A stretch of DNA of 64,000 nucleotides, taken from assembly GCA_964016885.1 (NCBI GenBank), contig OZ024740.1:362638001-362702000 (forward strand), given 5' to 3'. Each line of letters opens with the position of its first letter. Position 1 is the stretch's first letter. Below the pieces are notes generated by a model, which did not search any database, was not told the origin of the DNA, and saw only the letters and a program-made list of their open reading frames with translations. The stretch is from Eledone cirrhosa (lineage: Eukaryota). The translations under genes were made by a program, and so were the position numbers. Shown piece after piece: positions 46,165-59,749 of this stretch.

Positions 46165-46507
46165 TGGAGGCATATGGCTTAGTGGTTAGAGCATTGGCCC
46201 TGCAATCGAAAGGTTGTGAGTTCAATTCTCAGACCGGGTGATGTGTTGTTTCCTTGAGCAAGACACTTTATTTCACATTGCTCCAGTTTACTCAGCTGTA
46301 GAAATGAGATGATAGGGACTGGGGTCCTTATCATTCCACTGCAAAGTGGTCGTGGAGGTGCCACGGCAAAAAAGCACACAGCACTCACTGTAAATGAGGT
46401 TGGTGTTAGGAAGGGCATCCAGCTGTAGAAATCAAGCCAGAATCAGTTCCCGTCCCACCCTTGCAAGCAGGGAAAAGCGGACGTAAAATGATGATGATGA
46501 TGATGAT
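46165..46507 (+). mobile_element. tRNA-derived CORE-type SINE, family B, with RTE-derived 3' tail
   Basis: TGGCTTAGTGG A box and GAGTTCAATTCTC B box. CORE-like GTGTTGTTTCCTTGAGCAAGACAC...CTCAGCTGTAGAAATG. The 3' part matches the local RTE 3'UTR and ends in (GAT)n. Confidence 0.85.
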
Positions 46508-47499
46508 CTTTAATTATTTTGGGGCTCCACACGATAACCCAGTTAGTCTCCTTTCCAATAACCTGCTGACTGACCATAGGTTTGTGTCTCTGAAGTACAA
46601 GCCTGTGCAGGGTGATTTGTGGTAGACCCATGCATGCTAGCCTCCCTCCACCATGATACTGATGTTGTCCAAAGAAAAGGCAAAGGCCAATACAGTTTAG
46701 CCCCAGTAATATTACAACTGATATATATATATATACTATATACATTATATACAATATTATCCAATGAAAAGTATAAACCAATATAATTTGGCACTAGCAT
46801 TATCCAAACTCATTTTTTCTAGCTGGAGCAATGCTCAAGAACACAATATGCCACCTGGTCCAGAACACATAAACTCTTACATTAGTGAGCCTAGCACCCT
46901 AACCATTCAGCCACACATCTTCACAGAATCAATCTAGTGAATCAATACTGCTACATTACTGTTAATTATTTTATCCCCCAGAAACAGGATAAAAGCCATG
47001 TTGAACTGTGCAGGATTTGAACTCAAAAGGTAGAGAGATAACACTTAATCATGTGACACCTTTAACAATTTTCATACCAACTTGACTAAAACTGCCCATG
47101 GTTCTGCAATACTAAGCTGTATCTATAAAAAACATGTATGTGGAATACTCAACCACTTATATGTTACTTCATGAGGTGGATATTCAGTTGCCTGACGATC
47201 TGAATACTCATCATTAAAAGTGATGTAGGAACAATTATATAACTAATGTTCTTTGTAAGGTTGACTAACTGATTCTGCTGTGTGACTGTTATATTGAGAA
47301 AATGGTAGACATTTCACAAGAAATATAGGTTTATCTATAATTGATTATATTTCTTCAGAGATTTCTGATAAAAAGGTTATTTGTTTCTTATAAAAGATGT
47401 TTGAAACGTTATCTATAGTGGGCTACATGCTGCAGCTTCCTTGAATTGAAACTCAGCACAACATGAAAGTTTTAGTCTTCATGATGATGGGCAGATCTG

Positions 47500-50400
47500 G
47501 AAGTTTGTTAAGGCTGGTGAAACGTGGAAGAGAGATACAAGCTGGTCTGAGTGTGCTCTACCCACAATAACTGGGAATGAAAAAACTGCAACAACTCTGG
47601 GAAACTAAACCAGAACAACCTGCCATCCTCTACACACCATCATAAACTGCAAGCAGGGTACAAATTGTTGTCCTTAAATGCTTGCAGTTTATGCAACAAG
47701 ATACATCTGTTTAACTCCTACGTCAGAAGCATCGACCCTGACTTCATCACAGTCACGGAAACATGGGCACATTCCTTACTCTGTGATGGGGTTTTCAGCA
47801 TTACTGGGTACAACCTTTTCCGCAAGGACCGCATTAATCGCAGTGGTGGTGGTGTGATGGTCTACGTTCATTCAAACTTTTTGGTAATTCCTTGCGTTGA
47901 TTTGAATAAATCACAAGAAGTTTTTTTTTGTGACATACGTATGACCATGTCAACACTTCTGCTTGGTGTTGTTTATCGTCCCCCAAAATACCATCAGGAC
48001 ACACAGCTTTGTGATATCCTCAAAGCTGCTGCCAGGAAAACAGCCACTTATGTGTTTATTGCAGGTGACTTCAATCGTCCTGAGATCGATTGGGAAACCT
48101 TTCGTTGGCCACAAAGTGCAAAAGATTTCCTTGAGCTAGTGCTGGACTCAAACTGGTCACAAGTAGTCACCTCCCCAACAAGAGGTGACAACACTTTGGA
48201 GCTGATCTTCACCACTACTCCTGAAGTGGTTATCAGTTGTACTACTGAGGAACCTCTAGGTGACTCTGATCATGCTATGATCCTTGCCAATCTGGCTCTT
48301 GCGGGTAGCAACAAAAACCAGAACCATCTCCAATCTGCTTGCTTTGACTGGAAGAAAGCAGATTTGAACTTGTACTGCACTGAGCTACAGCGCCAAAACT
48401 GGCATGAGTTGTATAACTCTGGAGATGTGAACACTATACTCCAGAGCATCCTGGACTCAATATGGATAGCGTGTGTAGCATCAGTGCCACGTAAGCAGAA
48501 AAAAAACCCACCCCAATAGTGCAATTTGGGAAACTTCAGCGGTCCGACTTGCCAGGAAAGAACGTCGGAACGGTGAACGGGAATATAAACTGCATAGATC
48601 AGATGCCAACAGAAAAAAAGCGGAATAAATCTTCCAACCATCTCAAGCAAGTGACAAAGAAGGCAGTGCTTGAATTTGAACAGTGCATAGCAACCAATCC
48701 TGACAGTAAGGTGTTCTGGAAATATGTACATTCAAAGCAGAGACCTCACTCTCCAGTTGGTCCACAATCCCCACACAAGCCAGATCACTGACGATCCCAA
48801 AGAATGCGCAGAACTCATTGCTGAGTGCTATGCAAGCATTTTTACTGTTGAAAACCAGAATGTACCATCTCCACCATCTCTAACATCAAATTCCATAACA
48901 ACTATGGAATTTACACCTGCAATGTTGCGACGTCACCTTAAGAATAAGTGCAACTATGCCTCCCCTGGTCTTGGTGTTACATACCTGCTTCTCAAACGTG
49001 GCGGGTACTTCCTTTTGCACCAGCTTTCTTTCTTCTTTCAATACTGTCTCAACAATGGTTCTACTCCAGAGCAGTGGAAAACTGCCAGTGTCATTCCCCT
49101 GTTCAAAAAGGGCGACCGCACGTCACCTGTCAACTATCATCCAGTCAGTCTTACTAGCTGTATTGCCAAACTGATGGAATCCTGTGTCAGAGAAACACTT
49201 TGGAACTTCTGGAGCTCTCACAGCCTCATCCGGACGTCGCAGTTTGGATTTATCCCTAACTCCAGCTGCTGTGATCAGCTTATCAAGGAGTTCCTTGAAG
49301 ACATTACCCGGATCACTGACAGCGGCTCATGGGTGGATGTTGTTTACCTTGACTTTGCTAAGGCTTTTAATTCTGTGCCACACAAAAGACTTATGGCAAA
49401 ACTCTCTGCAATGCGTGTGAGGGATGATCTTTTTAACTGGTTGAAATCCTTCATTCTCAACTGAAAAGAGGTAGTTACGGTTCTAGGACAGCATTCTTCA
49501 CCATATGAGATGTCATCTGGTGTACCACAGGGAGCTGTTCTTGGTCCCCTTTTGTTTGTGGCATATATTAATGACATAGATGCCAACTTAAAGAATGCCA
49601 CGGTACTTAAATATGCAGATGACATCAAGCTGTACCTTGAAATCAAAAGACTGATCCTGAAATCTACAACTCTTTCGTACAATCAGACCTGGACACAATG
49701 CAGCAATGAATCGCAGACTGGCAACTGAAGCTGGCTGTGGACAAGTGTACCACCATGCATTTTGGGAGGAAAAATCCAGCGTCCACATACTCCCTCCACA
49801 ACATTGATATCAAGAAGTCCTCTCGTGAACGTGACCTGGGCATTACTGTCAGCAGCAATTTGTGTTGGACAAAGCATGTCTCTAAGATTGTCAAGAAGGC
49901 CAAGGGTGTCTTGGCATCACTCAGCAAAACCTTTGTTAGCCGCTCTCCAGCCATCTATTTAAAGCTGTCTACAGCTATGGTACGACCACACTTGGAATTC
50001 GCATCATCAGTCTGGAACCCCTATCTTGCTCAGAACATTGACCTCCTGGAAATTGTTCAGAGACGTGCAACCAAGCGCCTACCCTCCATCAGACACCTAC
50101 CATACTCTGAACGCCTTGCTTCCCTGGGCATGGATTCATTGAAGCTCCGACGTCTGGCAATAGACTTGGTAAACACCCACAAAGTTATTAACCATCTTGC
50201 CAACAACAACCCTGAGCACCTTTTTGATCTCCATGTGTCTAACACACGTGGACATGCTTACAAAATCAGAAAACAGCACAGTCCCATGACTTTCGGAAAC
50301 ATTTTTTCACGCTCAGAGTTGCTGAAGCATGGAACAAACTGCCTGCGTCAGTTGTTAGCTGCCGAGACACTACATCCATTAAAACCTCCCCATGCTTCCC

Positions 50401-50561
50401 GAAATTCGCCAAAACTACACCTGAGTATATCATGACTCATGCACTGTTCATTTTCCTGACGTTTGTACATTACCCTATGTACTATACATACACTTTTTGA
50501 TGAGTTGTAGTGTACCTGAGCACTGTACACAATATTTCATTATTATTATTATTATTATTAT
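47500..50561 (+). mobile_element. CR1-clade LINE ORF2 relic (APE + RT), frameshifted, with (ATT)n tail
   Basis: APE: LNACSL, TETW, VYRPP, GDFN, SDH. RT: DFAKAFNSVPHKRL, SGVPQGAVLGPLLF, YADD, VRPHLEFAS.VWNP, HFF.LRVAEAWN.LP. Tail TTTCATTATTATT. Confidence 0.92.
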
Positions 50562-50928
50562 TTAAACTACTTCAAACTGTCCTGGTTCAACAATAGGAAC
50601 CTATTTATTTAATTATGTTCCAAATACCAGCTTTGTAATGAGAAAGTTAGTTATATTACTAGATCCCATCAAATTCTTGTTTTCTTTTTCAAAATTATTT
50701 GAAAATATAGGCAGCAGTGCATTTCATTAGAAATATGGTAACAAATGAGTTAAAGTAGTAGGATGTGATTTGAGAGAGATCTGAGTGTATATGGAGGTAT
50801 CAATGGTTGCTAGTTTTACAAATAGAGTGTCAAATCAGTGAGGTTGAGAGGTAAATTCAGATTGGAGAAGTTAGTGCAAAGGAATAGGAATAGCAAAGAA
50901 AAAAAAACAAGAAAGGAGCCGATCCTTA

Positions 50929-51559
50929 TATCATCATCATCGTCATCATCATCATCATCATCATCACCATCATCATCATCATTTTACGTCCACTTTTCCC
51001 TGCTTGCAAGGGTGGGACGGGAACTGATTCTGGCTTGATTTCTACAGCTGGATGCCCTTCCTAACACCAACCTCATTTACAGTGAGTGCTCGGTGCTTTT
51101 TTTGCCGTGGCACCTCCACGACCACTTTGCAGTGGAATGATATGGACCCCAGTCCCTATCATCTCATTTCTACAGCTGAGTAAACTGGAGCAATGTGAAA
51201 TAAAGTGTCTTGCTCAAGGAAACAACACATCACCCGGTCTGAGAATTGAACTCACAACCTTTCGATTGCAAGCCCAATGCTCTAACCACTAAGCCATGTG
51301 CCTCCATCGAAACAACACATCACCCGGTCTGGGAATTGAACTCACAACCTTTCGATTGCAAGCCCAATGCTCTAACCACTAAGCCATGTGCCTCCATCGA
51401 AACAACACATCACCCGGTTTGGGAATTGAACTCACAACCTTTCGATTGCAAGCCCAATGCTCTAGCAACTAAGCCATGTGCCTCCATCGAAACAACACAT
51501 CACCCGGTCTGGGAATTGAACTCACAACCTTTCGATTGCAAGCCCAATGCTCTAACCAC
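50929..51559 (-). mobile_element. SINE family B copy with a tandemly quadruplicated 90-bp tRNA head
   Basis: Units start at 51219, 51309, 51399 and 51489 (period 90 bp, the outermost truncated). (CAT)n tail at 50929-50980. Confidence 0.9.
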
Positions 51560-52039
51560 ATATCGCACCAATGAAATTATATTTCCATTGTTGATACTAT
51601 CTGCCAGTCACAACACCTGGCAGAAGCTTCACTAGTTTCTCTGGTGACAGGAGGCGGTACTTGAATTCAGAACACACAGAGCCAGAACAGATATTGTAAA
51701 GCATCTCATTGGACTGTTTAACAATTCTACCAAACGACCATCTATGGACTGGTACTTCATTTATCGACCTTGAAAGGATAACAGAGTTGATCTTTGTGAG
51801 ATTTGAACACAAAGGCACTTAACTTTTAATGTCTTGTACCACACAAAACAGCACCATGACTGCATCATATTAAAAATTAAAGCCTCTACTCCAATACTAA
51901 AAATCTTCACAATGATTTGTATAGTAATAACAATAATATAAACATTGGAATTAAGAAACCCATTTATAGATATCTTCTCCTAAATCATTGCAGGATATTA
52001 AGAATTTATCCAACATTCTGAAGCAAACATATCAATTAA

Positions 52040-52238
52040 CCCTTTAGCATTCACATTACTCTATATTTACTATTGTATTTTCACAGTAAAAGCTTTACCT
52101 CACATAATTATCTCATATAATATTGAATCTATGAGATTTTGATATTATTTATTTTGAGAACAATACCTTAACATCAGTATTGAGAAGAAAGAGGTGAGTG
52201 AATTCTGGCAGGATACAGCTGGTTTAAATGCTAAAGGG
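52040..52238. mobile_element. piggyBac-type MITE
   Basis: TTAA|CCCTTTAGCATT ... AATGCTAAAGGG|TTAA. 12-bp TIRs with a TTAA target duplication. Confidence 0.85.
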
Positions 52239-52375
52239 TTAAGTGACCCATTTGTAGATATTTTCTGCTAAATCACTACAAGATGTTATGAGTTAATTGA
52301 ACTCTCCAACAACTTTGCCAATTTGCCAAAAGTTCAAAGTAGAAATGAAAAAGAGGATATTAAAGAAATGAGTAC

Positions 52376-52470
52376 CTATGCTGACAGAAACACATTGTCT
52401 CAGGTCCAATTAGTTTACAGTCCATGTTGTTTGGATTCACCCAACTGGTGAACAGACGATTTTGTAAACG
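52376..52470 (-). CDS. FAM221A: FAM221A coding exon 3
   Basis: ttgcAG|RLQNRLFTSWVNPNNMDCKLIGPETMCFCQH-R|GTACTC; compare human RLQNRLFVSWRSPTGMDCKLVGPETLCFCTHR. Confidence 0.95.
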
Positions 52471-53724
52471 CTGCAATGAAAAATCGAAAAAAAAAGTGAT
52501 AAAAATATGATTACAGGTGCCAAAATAGAATGTATCTGAACAAGACCCAGGCCCTTGATCCATTTAGGACAAGAGTGGGCAATCTACATCTTGTGGGCTG
52601 CATGTGGCCCACTAAATCAGTTTGTGACCAACAAATATACTTACCTGGTGATCTCAATTTATGCCAGATATCTTTGCATAGAATAACATGGCCAAACATA
52701 GTCAATTTTGAACTCTGTCTTGCATATAACTACAAGCATGCTGATTCCTGACTGCATCAATCTCTTAAATATGTTCAAATAATTGTTCTTAAGAGTCTCG
52801 GAGGACCCTTCAGCTTGTGTCAAAAGACATGACAACCTCTTCTGTACACGTGGTAGAACGTATAACCATACACAAATAAGATGCAGACAACACTTCAGTA
52901 CTGACTTGGTCTATGTAGACCCATCCAACCTTTGCTAGCAGGGAAAGTGGATCATCATCATCATCGATTAATGTCTATCTGTCACGCTAGTATGGGTTAG
53001 ACGGGTTTGTCCTATTTAGAGGCAAGTTGTGTCGGGTGACCATGTCTCATTCATATAGGAGTATTTCTGGCTGGTTTTCTACGGCTGGATGCCCTTCCTA
53101 ATACCAACAACATTGACTTGTGCTGGGTACTTTTTGCTGTGTCATTTACATGTCCACTTTACAGTGTGGGCAGGGTGCTTTTTGTTGTGACACCTAGACA
53201 TGTTTTGTGGTACCAACATAATATACATATATATATATATATATATATAAGCAAAAGGGATATTCAATTTGTTGGTAATTCAACAAATATAAATGTTTAT
53301 AACTGATTCAGAGCACTCAACAGATTTCTGGAGTAAATATTCAATGATATTAAATGAATAGAAACTATATTTATAAAACCATATTTATTCTATTATATAT
53401 TTGCAAGGGTACCAAAAACTTTGGTACGCTTTCATCAGATAAAATACAAAGTGTGTTTTATAAATTTTGACATAGCCAAGGAACATACCTTATCAGTTGA
53501 AATATTCCTTGGATAGTGGATTTAAAATTGTTAGGATGAGTATGCTAATGAATATGTAAATGAGGTTGGGTATATGATTAAAAAACCGTTATTTTAGCTG
53601 CTGGGGAAATTTAGATATATGTTTGTATTATTAGGAGAGAAAGAAAAAGAAAAGAAGACCACATATTTACGTTAATTTGGGGAAAGAAAAAGTTGAATAT
53701 TTACCTATATTATACTTATATGGA

Positions 53725-54087
53725 GTATGACACATGACCGGGATTTCTGGCAATATGCAGTAAAACAGAAGACCCAACTTCCCATGAGCACAAGCTGAAG
53801 CATATGTACAGTATGTCCCGCCCCCAACCCTCTCCCCCCCAGCTCACACTGTAAAGTGAACGCGTAAAAGATACAGCAAAAAGCACCCAGCCCACACTGT
53901 ACAGTGGATGTGTAAAAGACATGGCAAAAAGCACTCAGCCCACACTGTAAATGTGGTTGGCGTTAGGAAGGGCATCTAACCATAGATAACCACCCAGAAA
54001 CACGGTCACCCGAAACAACTTGCCTTAAAATAGGACACGTCTAACCCAAGCTAGCGTGGAAGATGGATGTTAATCGATGATAATGAT
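53725..54087 (+). mobile_element. RTE 3'UTR fragment
   Basis: Matches 4350-4710. Other tail-only copies lie at about 19935-20175 (+), 44795-44990 (-) and 52950-53215 (-). Confidence 0.75.
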
Positions 54088-54439
54088 ACACATGTATATA
54101 AAACCACACATGCATGTATATGCATATTATATATATATATATATACACACATACATTATATACGCACTTACAGCAACTCTATTTTCTGTTTCTAGAAACA
54201 TATTACTCAAGGGAAATAACTCAGTTTAAAGGGGAATGACTTAGGAAATTACTAACTGAAATTTTGCTACTTTAATTTATGCTACTGTATGTGTATTGTT
54301 TTACGACTTGTAAACGGGCCTTTTATCATATCAGAATGTCTTAGAAAATAGAGTACGCAGTTTTCTTGAAACATTTTCGCAGTTTGAATCTATATTTGGT
54401 TCAGAAGTGCCTTGTAAAGCCCTCATACTCTACATGATG

Positions 54440-54785
54440 AAACACTGGCAAAAAAACAAACAAAAGCCCACTGGACCAAATCCCAACTCCTTCTGGGACA
54501 AAACACCCAGGACAAAATCATGACTCTTACCAGACAAAAACCCATGTAGTAATAAATAAAACAGTAAAAGGTAAAATAAATCTATTGGTTTTAATAGCTA
54601 ACATTATGAACTGTAATTTACTTGATAAAGAATAAACTAAAACTATACATTCAAATTCTGTAATATTTTTTATTACATGGGGGTTTCATCTGGTAGGGTG
54701 GGGATTTTGTCAGGTGGGATTTTAGTCTGGTGGAGATTTTTTAGATGGTGTTTTTGTAGTGGATTTATGCCTGTCTAAGCTGAGT
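54440..54785. mobile_element. Fold-back/MITE-like element with GGACAAAATCC subrepeats
   Basis: Left arm repeats GGACAAAA(T)CC..ACCCATGTAGTAATA. Right arm carries the reverse complements TATTACATGGG..GGATTTTGTC. Confidence 0.55.
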
Positions 54786-54845
54786 AGAAGAGATAGTGTT
54801 TTTAGAATGTTATAGTAGTTTTGTCTATGTGTCCGGTTGTTTTAA

Positions 54846-55065
54846 CCCTTTAGCATTTACATTACTCTATATATACTATTGTATTTTCATGGTAAACACT
54901 TTATTTCACATAATTATTTCACATAATATCAATCTATGAGATTTTGACGATATTTATTTTGAGAAGAATACTTTAACATAAGTATGAGTGGCCATTTACA
55001 GCCAGTTTGAACAGAGAGAGGTGAGAGAATTCTGGCCGGATACAGCCGGTTTGAATGCTAAAGGG
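54846..55065. mobile_element. piggyBac-type MITE, same family
   Basis: Same TIRs and TTAA on both sides. A third copy lacking the right TIR lies at 43868 to about 44050. Confidence 0.85.
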
Positions 55066-56796
55066 TTAAAGTGGTTTTCATGAAGTGGTAAAAGCTGTTG
55101 GAGTTGACGCGTGTTGTGGCAACAAATTATGCCTTTCTCACATTCAGGTAGTCTTTCATTTTCAGTACTTTTCTTTCATTGTGTAGTAGGTATGTAGGTA
55201 TATTTTGTGCTTTTTGTAGTTTCTTGTGGAGAGGTATTATTTCACAAGTGGACCAGTGCTATCAATAATGATGGTAATAGCATTGAATGTATTTAATTTT
55301 TGGAGTCAAGGATTTGTATGTCATATATACCAGATTTATTGGATATATGAACGAATTATAGAAACTGGGATATTGACGTGTTGATAAATTTATGGTTTGT
55401 ATAAGAGTAACTCTATACTTTTATATTGATTACTGACACTTGGAAATGATAAAGGATAAAAACGATATTTTAATTTATTTCTAGGATATAATTACATAAA
55501 TGCTCAAAATGACATACAGATTAAATGTATGTATTTACTTGGATTAATGTAGAGTTAGAACTCAGGACTTTACCATTGGAAAGTGAACTTCTTATTGTAG
55601 TAACATGACTGTGTATGTGTGTATGTGTGTAAATTTTAAATAGTTACAGATGGAGATATATATAAATATACAAACATGTGGCATGGTCGATAATTCAGTT
55701 AACAGGCATGGTACCTTTTAACATCTGGATATTGTGACACCTTACTGCTGCTGACAATAATGATATATAAGTAACTTCAGATATACCGTATATTAACTGT
55801 AACAAGTAATTCTATGTGCATTTGGTTTAGAATAGGTTCACAATATTTCTGCATGTCATAAGAGGTGACTAAAAGGGTTGGCTCCTGGAATGTCATCCTG
55901 CTGTAAAACATTGTCACATGATGAGCATGAAGCTTGTCATGAGGTCCACAAGGTTAATGACCATAAAACACTTGTTAATTAATTAGTCATAAGACCAGTG
56001 TGTAATCTTTAAAGCAGCTCTATCAATGTGGTTGCAAAAATAAACAAAGCAGTTGAATTAAGAAGCATTAAGGTAATTTGAAGTTGGAAATATGTGCATC
56101 CCAATTTAAGTGACAATGATAGTAGTCCATCTCTATAAATAGCTGAGGAAATTGGGTACAGTACCCCAGCAGATGGAAAAAGTGGACAGAGGTACCTTTC
56201 TCCATTTTTCCCTCTCTAGAGGTACTTTACCTAATTTTCTTAACTGCTATTTATAAAGATCAACTATTATTATAGTTATTTGCAAACAAATCTAAACTAT
56301 AATAAAGTAAGAAGTGTGGGACTGCGTACGGTTTATAATTTTTTATCCCATTAGTAAAATAAGTTGGATTACTTTGAATAAATAATGAATAAATATTACA
56401 TAATTTATCTACTAAATTTCGTGGCTGTTCATTAAATATATTTTATTATTTATTTAAAGATTCACTTCTTTAAAATTTTCAAATGTCAACACTTCCGGTG
56501 GCGATTGCTTAAATAAACATATTCATTTTCTGTCACTAATTTTCTCCTAATGCAATTTATGTATAATATCGTCTTTTTTTAATGTATCATGGATCACGTT
56601 ACTGATTACATAAGACAGTGTAACAGAGTCTTCGTACAATTCCTGTGTATATTGTCAATTATGATTTTATTTGACGTATCATATCTACATGTATATATAC
56701 TTGCGTATAATATCAATATACACACTACAGATGCTAGCATATATAATAACAAAACAAAAAACCAAATACCAAATAAAACGGAGAAAGATTACATAC

Positions 56797-56875
56797 CAAG
56801 GGCAGCACATTTTGTTTATATTTTTCAAATTCTTCAGGAGTTAACAATTCACCATAGTCATCATTTCCTACAATG
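56797..56875 (-). CDS. FAM221A: FAM221A coding exon 2
   Basis: tctccAG|IVGNDDYGELLTPEEFEKYKQNVLPL|GTATGT; compare human IVGEDDGGKLFTPEEYEEYKRKVLPL. Confidence 0.93.
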
Positions 56876-57799
56876 CTGGAGAAATAATGGAAATGAACAA
56901 AGGAATTGTGTCGGACATTTAAGACTTAAGAATGATAATGAAACCCCTTTGATACCAAACCATCTAAACTGGCCCTGGTTCTACAATACAAAACTGTTAA
57001 TTTTAAAGTATTTACCATCCTCATTATCATTTTATATCTCTTTACATGCTTAGGTCTATATTTATCAGTAAAATATTACATCATAATTTTATGTAAGGTA
57101 CATTGCTAAAATATATTCCAAACACTAGCTTAATAATGAGAAAGTTAGTTATATTATTATGCCCATCAAAAGTTATTGATTATTTAAAAAATTAATTGAA
57201 ACATATTTGCGGTATATTTTATTAGAAATATGGAAACCAAAGGGTTAAGAAGATTTTAACATGGCATTGCACAATGTAAACCTATTGAACTGACTATGAA
57301 ATACGACTACTAATGATACTTTTATAAAGATCAAGAACACTTGGGCTTTTTAGACATATGAAAGATGCTGTGATGTGCATTCTTTTCTTCAAAGTATTAG
57401 CAATGTAAGGAAAAGTGATTTGAAATGAAAAACAAATTAAACTAAAGCACCTGAGCCAACAATATAGCTTCACTCAACTTGCTAGAAACAACAGCCAAAT
57501 TTAACCTTAAATTACACCTTTTTGTCTTAAGTGCTTTTATGGATATAGAAAATATGCAAAATCGTGTATGTCCAGGCTTGTCAACCTTCACAAATTATGT
57601 GAGTATTTCAGTATTTACTTTCTCATCATGCATTCTAGAATTTTAGATCTTCTTCCTCAGTTACGATATTTTATTGTGAGTTGCTCCACAATTTTTCATT
57701 CAGATGGTCTTCTGGCTGATTTGGGGAATGTGTCAGCAAGGAGGTTAAGTCTAGAAATAGTAATTAATAGGGTTCTTTTAATTTTGGATGCACTGCAAA

Positions 57800-57978
57800 A
57801 TGTTTTCAGACCCAGCATTTGCCAATATTTCTGTAAATTTTTTCCAACATTTTCTACATTTTCCCAGTATTTCTGCGTGGTTTTCCCCAGCATATCCTAC
57901 TATTTTTAAAGACTTTTATCAGCATTTTCTACCAAGACTTTTATCAACATTTCTGCAAACCCTTTCCAGCATTTTCAT
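57800..57978. repeat. Degenerate short tandem repeat (CCAGCATTTT core)
   Basis: Recurrent (T/C)CA(G/A)CATTT motif roughly every 20 bp. Confidence 0.6.
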
Positions 57979-58439
57979 TAAGTAAGCAGATAACTATGTG
58001 TCATGAATTAAACATGGACCATAAGGGTGTCACTAAATAGAGAATCCATAAAGAGTGCCGTAGTTTGGTGTTTGATTGTTAGGGAGTGAAAATATTGCTG
58101 TTGAAATTGATGAATCTCTATTTGCAATGCACACAGGCATGGATGGCTGCATGATGAAGGAGTTGGCTTTCCAACAAAGTTGTTCTGAATTCAGCAACTT
58201 GGGCAAGTGTCTGTTGACCAATCCCTTATGTGTGGAATTTGGTAGAAAGAAACTGCAGAAACTTGTCATGTATATCATCATCATCAATTTACTCCGCTTT
58301 TCCTTGCTTGCCACGGTCCTTCATCATCTTCTCTTTGAGCTTCAGCGATCTGAGGTCAGCTCTCACCACTTCCGCCCACGTTTTTCGTGATCTTCCTCTA
58401 CTGTGTCTTCCTTCCACTGTGTGTGTACATACATACATA

Positions 58440-59510
58440 TAAATGAAGAATGGCTTGTAAGAATAGTGCAAGCCATGTACAGAGGAGCTGTGAGGTAAGG
58501 TAAGTGTAGGTAATGTGTTTAGTGAGGAATTCAGAGTGCCAGTGGGTGTCCATGATGGCTCAGTCCTCAGTCCACTTCTGTTTATGATAGTTTTGCAGGC
58601 CATAACAGAAGAATTTAAAACAGGTTGCTCATGAGATCTACTGTATGCAGACAACCTGGTTCTTTTAGCCAAATCAGTGGAAGAGCTAGAGAAGAAATCC
58701 CAGCTTTGGAAACAGAACTCATACTCAAAGGGATTTAGAGTAAACGTGCGAAAAAAAACAAAAGTTTTGGTAAGCAGGAAAGAAGACTGGACCCTGATCC
58801 CAGCAGGAAAGTAGCCCTGTCCAATATATAGAAAAGGAGTAGGTATAACTCTATATGTTGTAAACAATGCAAATCTTGGATACACAAGAGGTGGAGTAGT
58901 AGAGTAGGCAGATGAACAGAAAAGGTAAACTTTGTATGTGGTAGAAGCACAAGGATAGAAAGAGCAGCAGTAAAATAAACATTTTCTAATCCCTGAAAGG
59001 CTCCATAGAAGTGGTTTATAGCTTCTGTAACTGAGGTGATAAAATTAGAGGGGGAGGTGGCAGCACCTATGAACGAAAGGCCAGCTGTTTGATGCCTGAG
59101 TATGAAGTGAAATGTTGCATGATAATGAGACATGGGCAGTGAATCTGGAAGATATGCAAAGGCTGGAGAGAAATGAAGCAAGCATACTCTGATGGATGTG
59201 CAATGTTAATGTGCATGAAAGGTGAAGCATAGTTGAGATGAGTGAATGAGAGTGGATATAAGAGGAATCTAATGTAGCGCACATGAGAGAAGACTAGACT
59301 GGTATGGACATGTGGTGTGTATGGATGATGGTCGTTGGGTGAAGAAGTGCTAAGAAATCTCTATGGTAGAAAGAGACCAAGAAAGACCAGGGCAGAGGTT
59401 GTCAGAGGTGACCTCAAATCACTGAATCATACAGACGAAATGATGAAGGACTGGAAAGAACTCTTCATTCCATGCAAGTATGGAAAAGTTGATGTAAAAC
59501 AGTGATGATG
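58440..59510 (+). mobile_element. Decayed RTE RT-to-3'-end fragment
   Basis: VGVHDGSVLSPLLF, LLYADNLVL, RLDWYGHVV and a GATGAT tail. A short opposite-strand RTE 3' end lies at 58262-58420. Confidence 0.8.
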
Positions 59511-59749
59511 GTATATATGTATAATAATATACATATGTGTGTGTGTGTTTATGTTCTGTAACTAGTAGTTCAACAAAAAAGGCACCGATAATATAAATAC
59601 CAGTCTTGAAAAAATTATACTGGGGTCAATATGATCACCTAAATCAGTGTCAGCATGCAGTTAAATGACAGAAACCAGTAAAAGAATAAAAGTATATTCA
59701 AAGGAATGTAAAACTATTGGTGTTATAATCCTCAGCATGTTTTAGCCCA

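Noticed and set aside
51219-51559. CRISPR array or tRNA gene cluster
   Set aside because: Units are contiguous duplicates with no unique spacers and no cas genes. The innermost unit continues into a SINE body and tail.
56589-57053. 154-aa + strand ORF
   Set aside because: It overlaps FAM221A exon 2 in antisense, is AT-rich and has no motifs or splice support.
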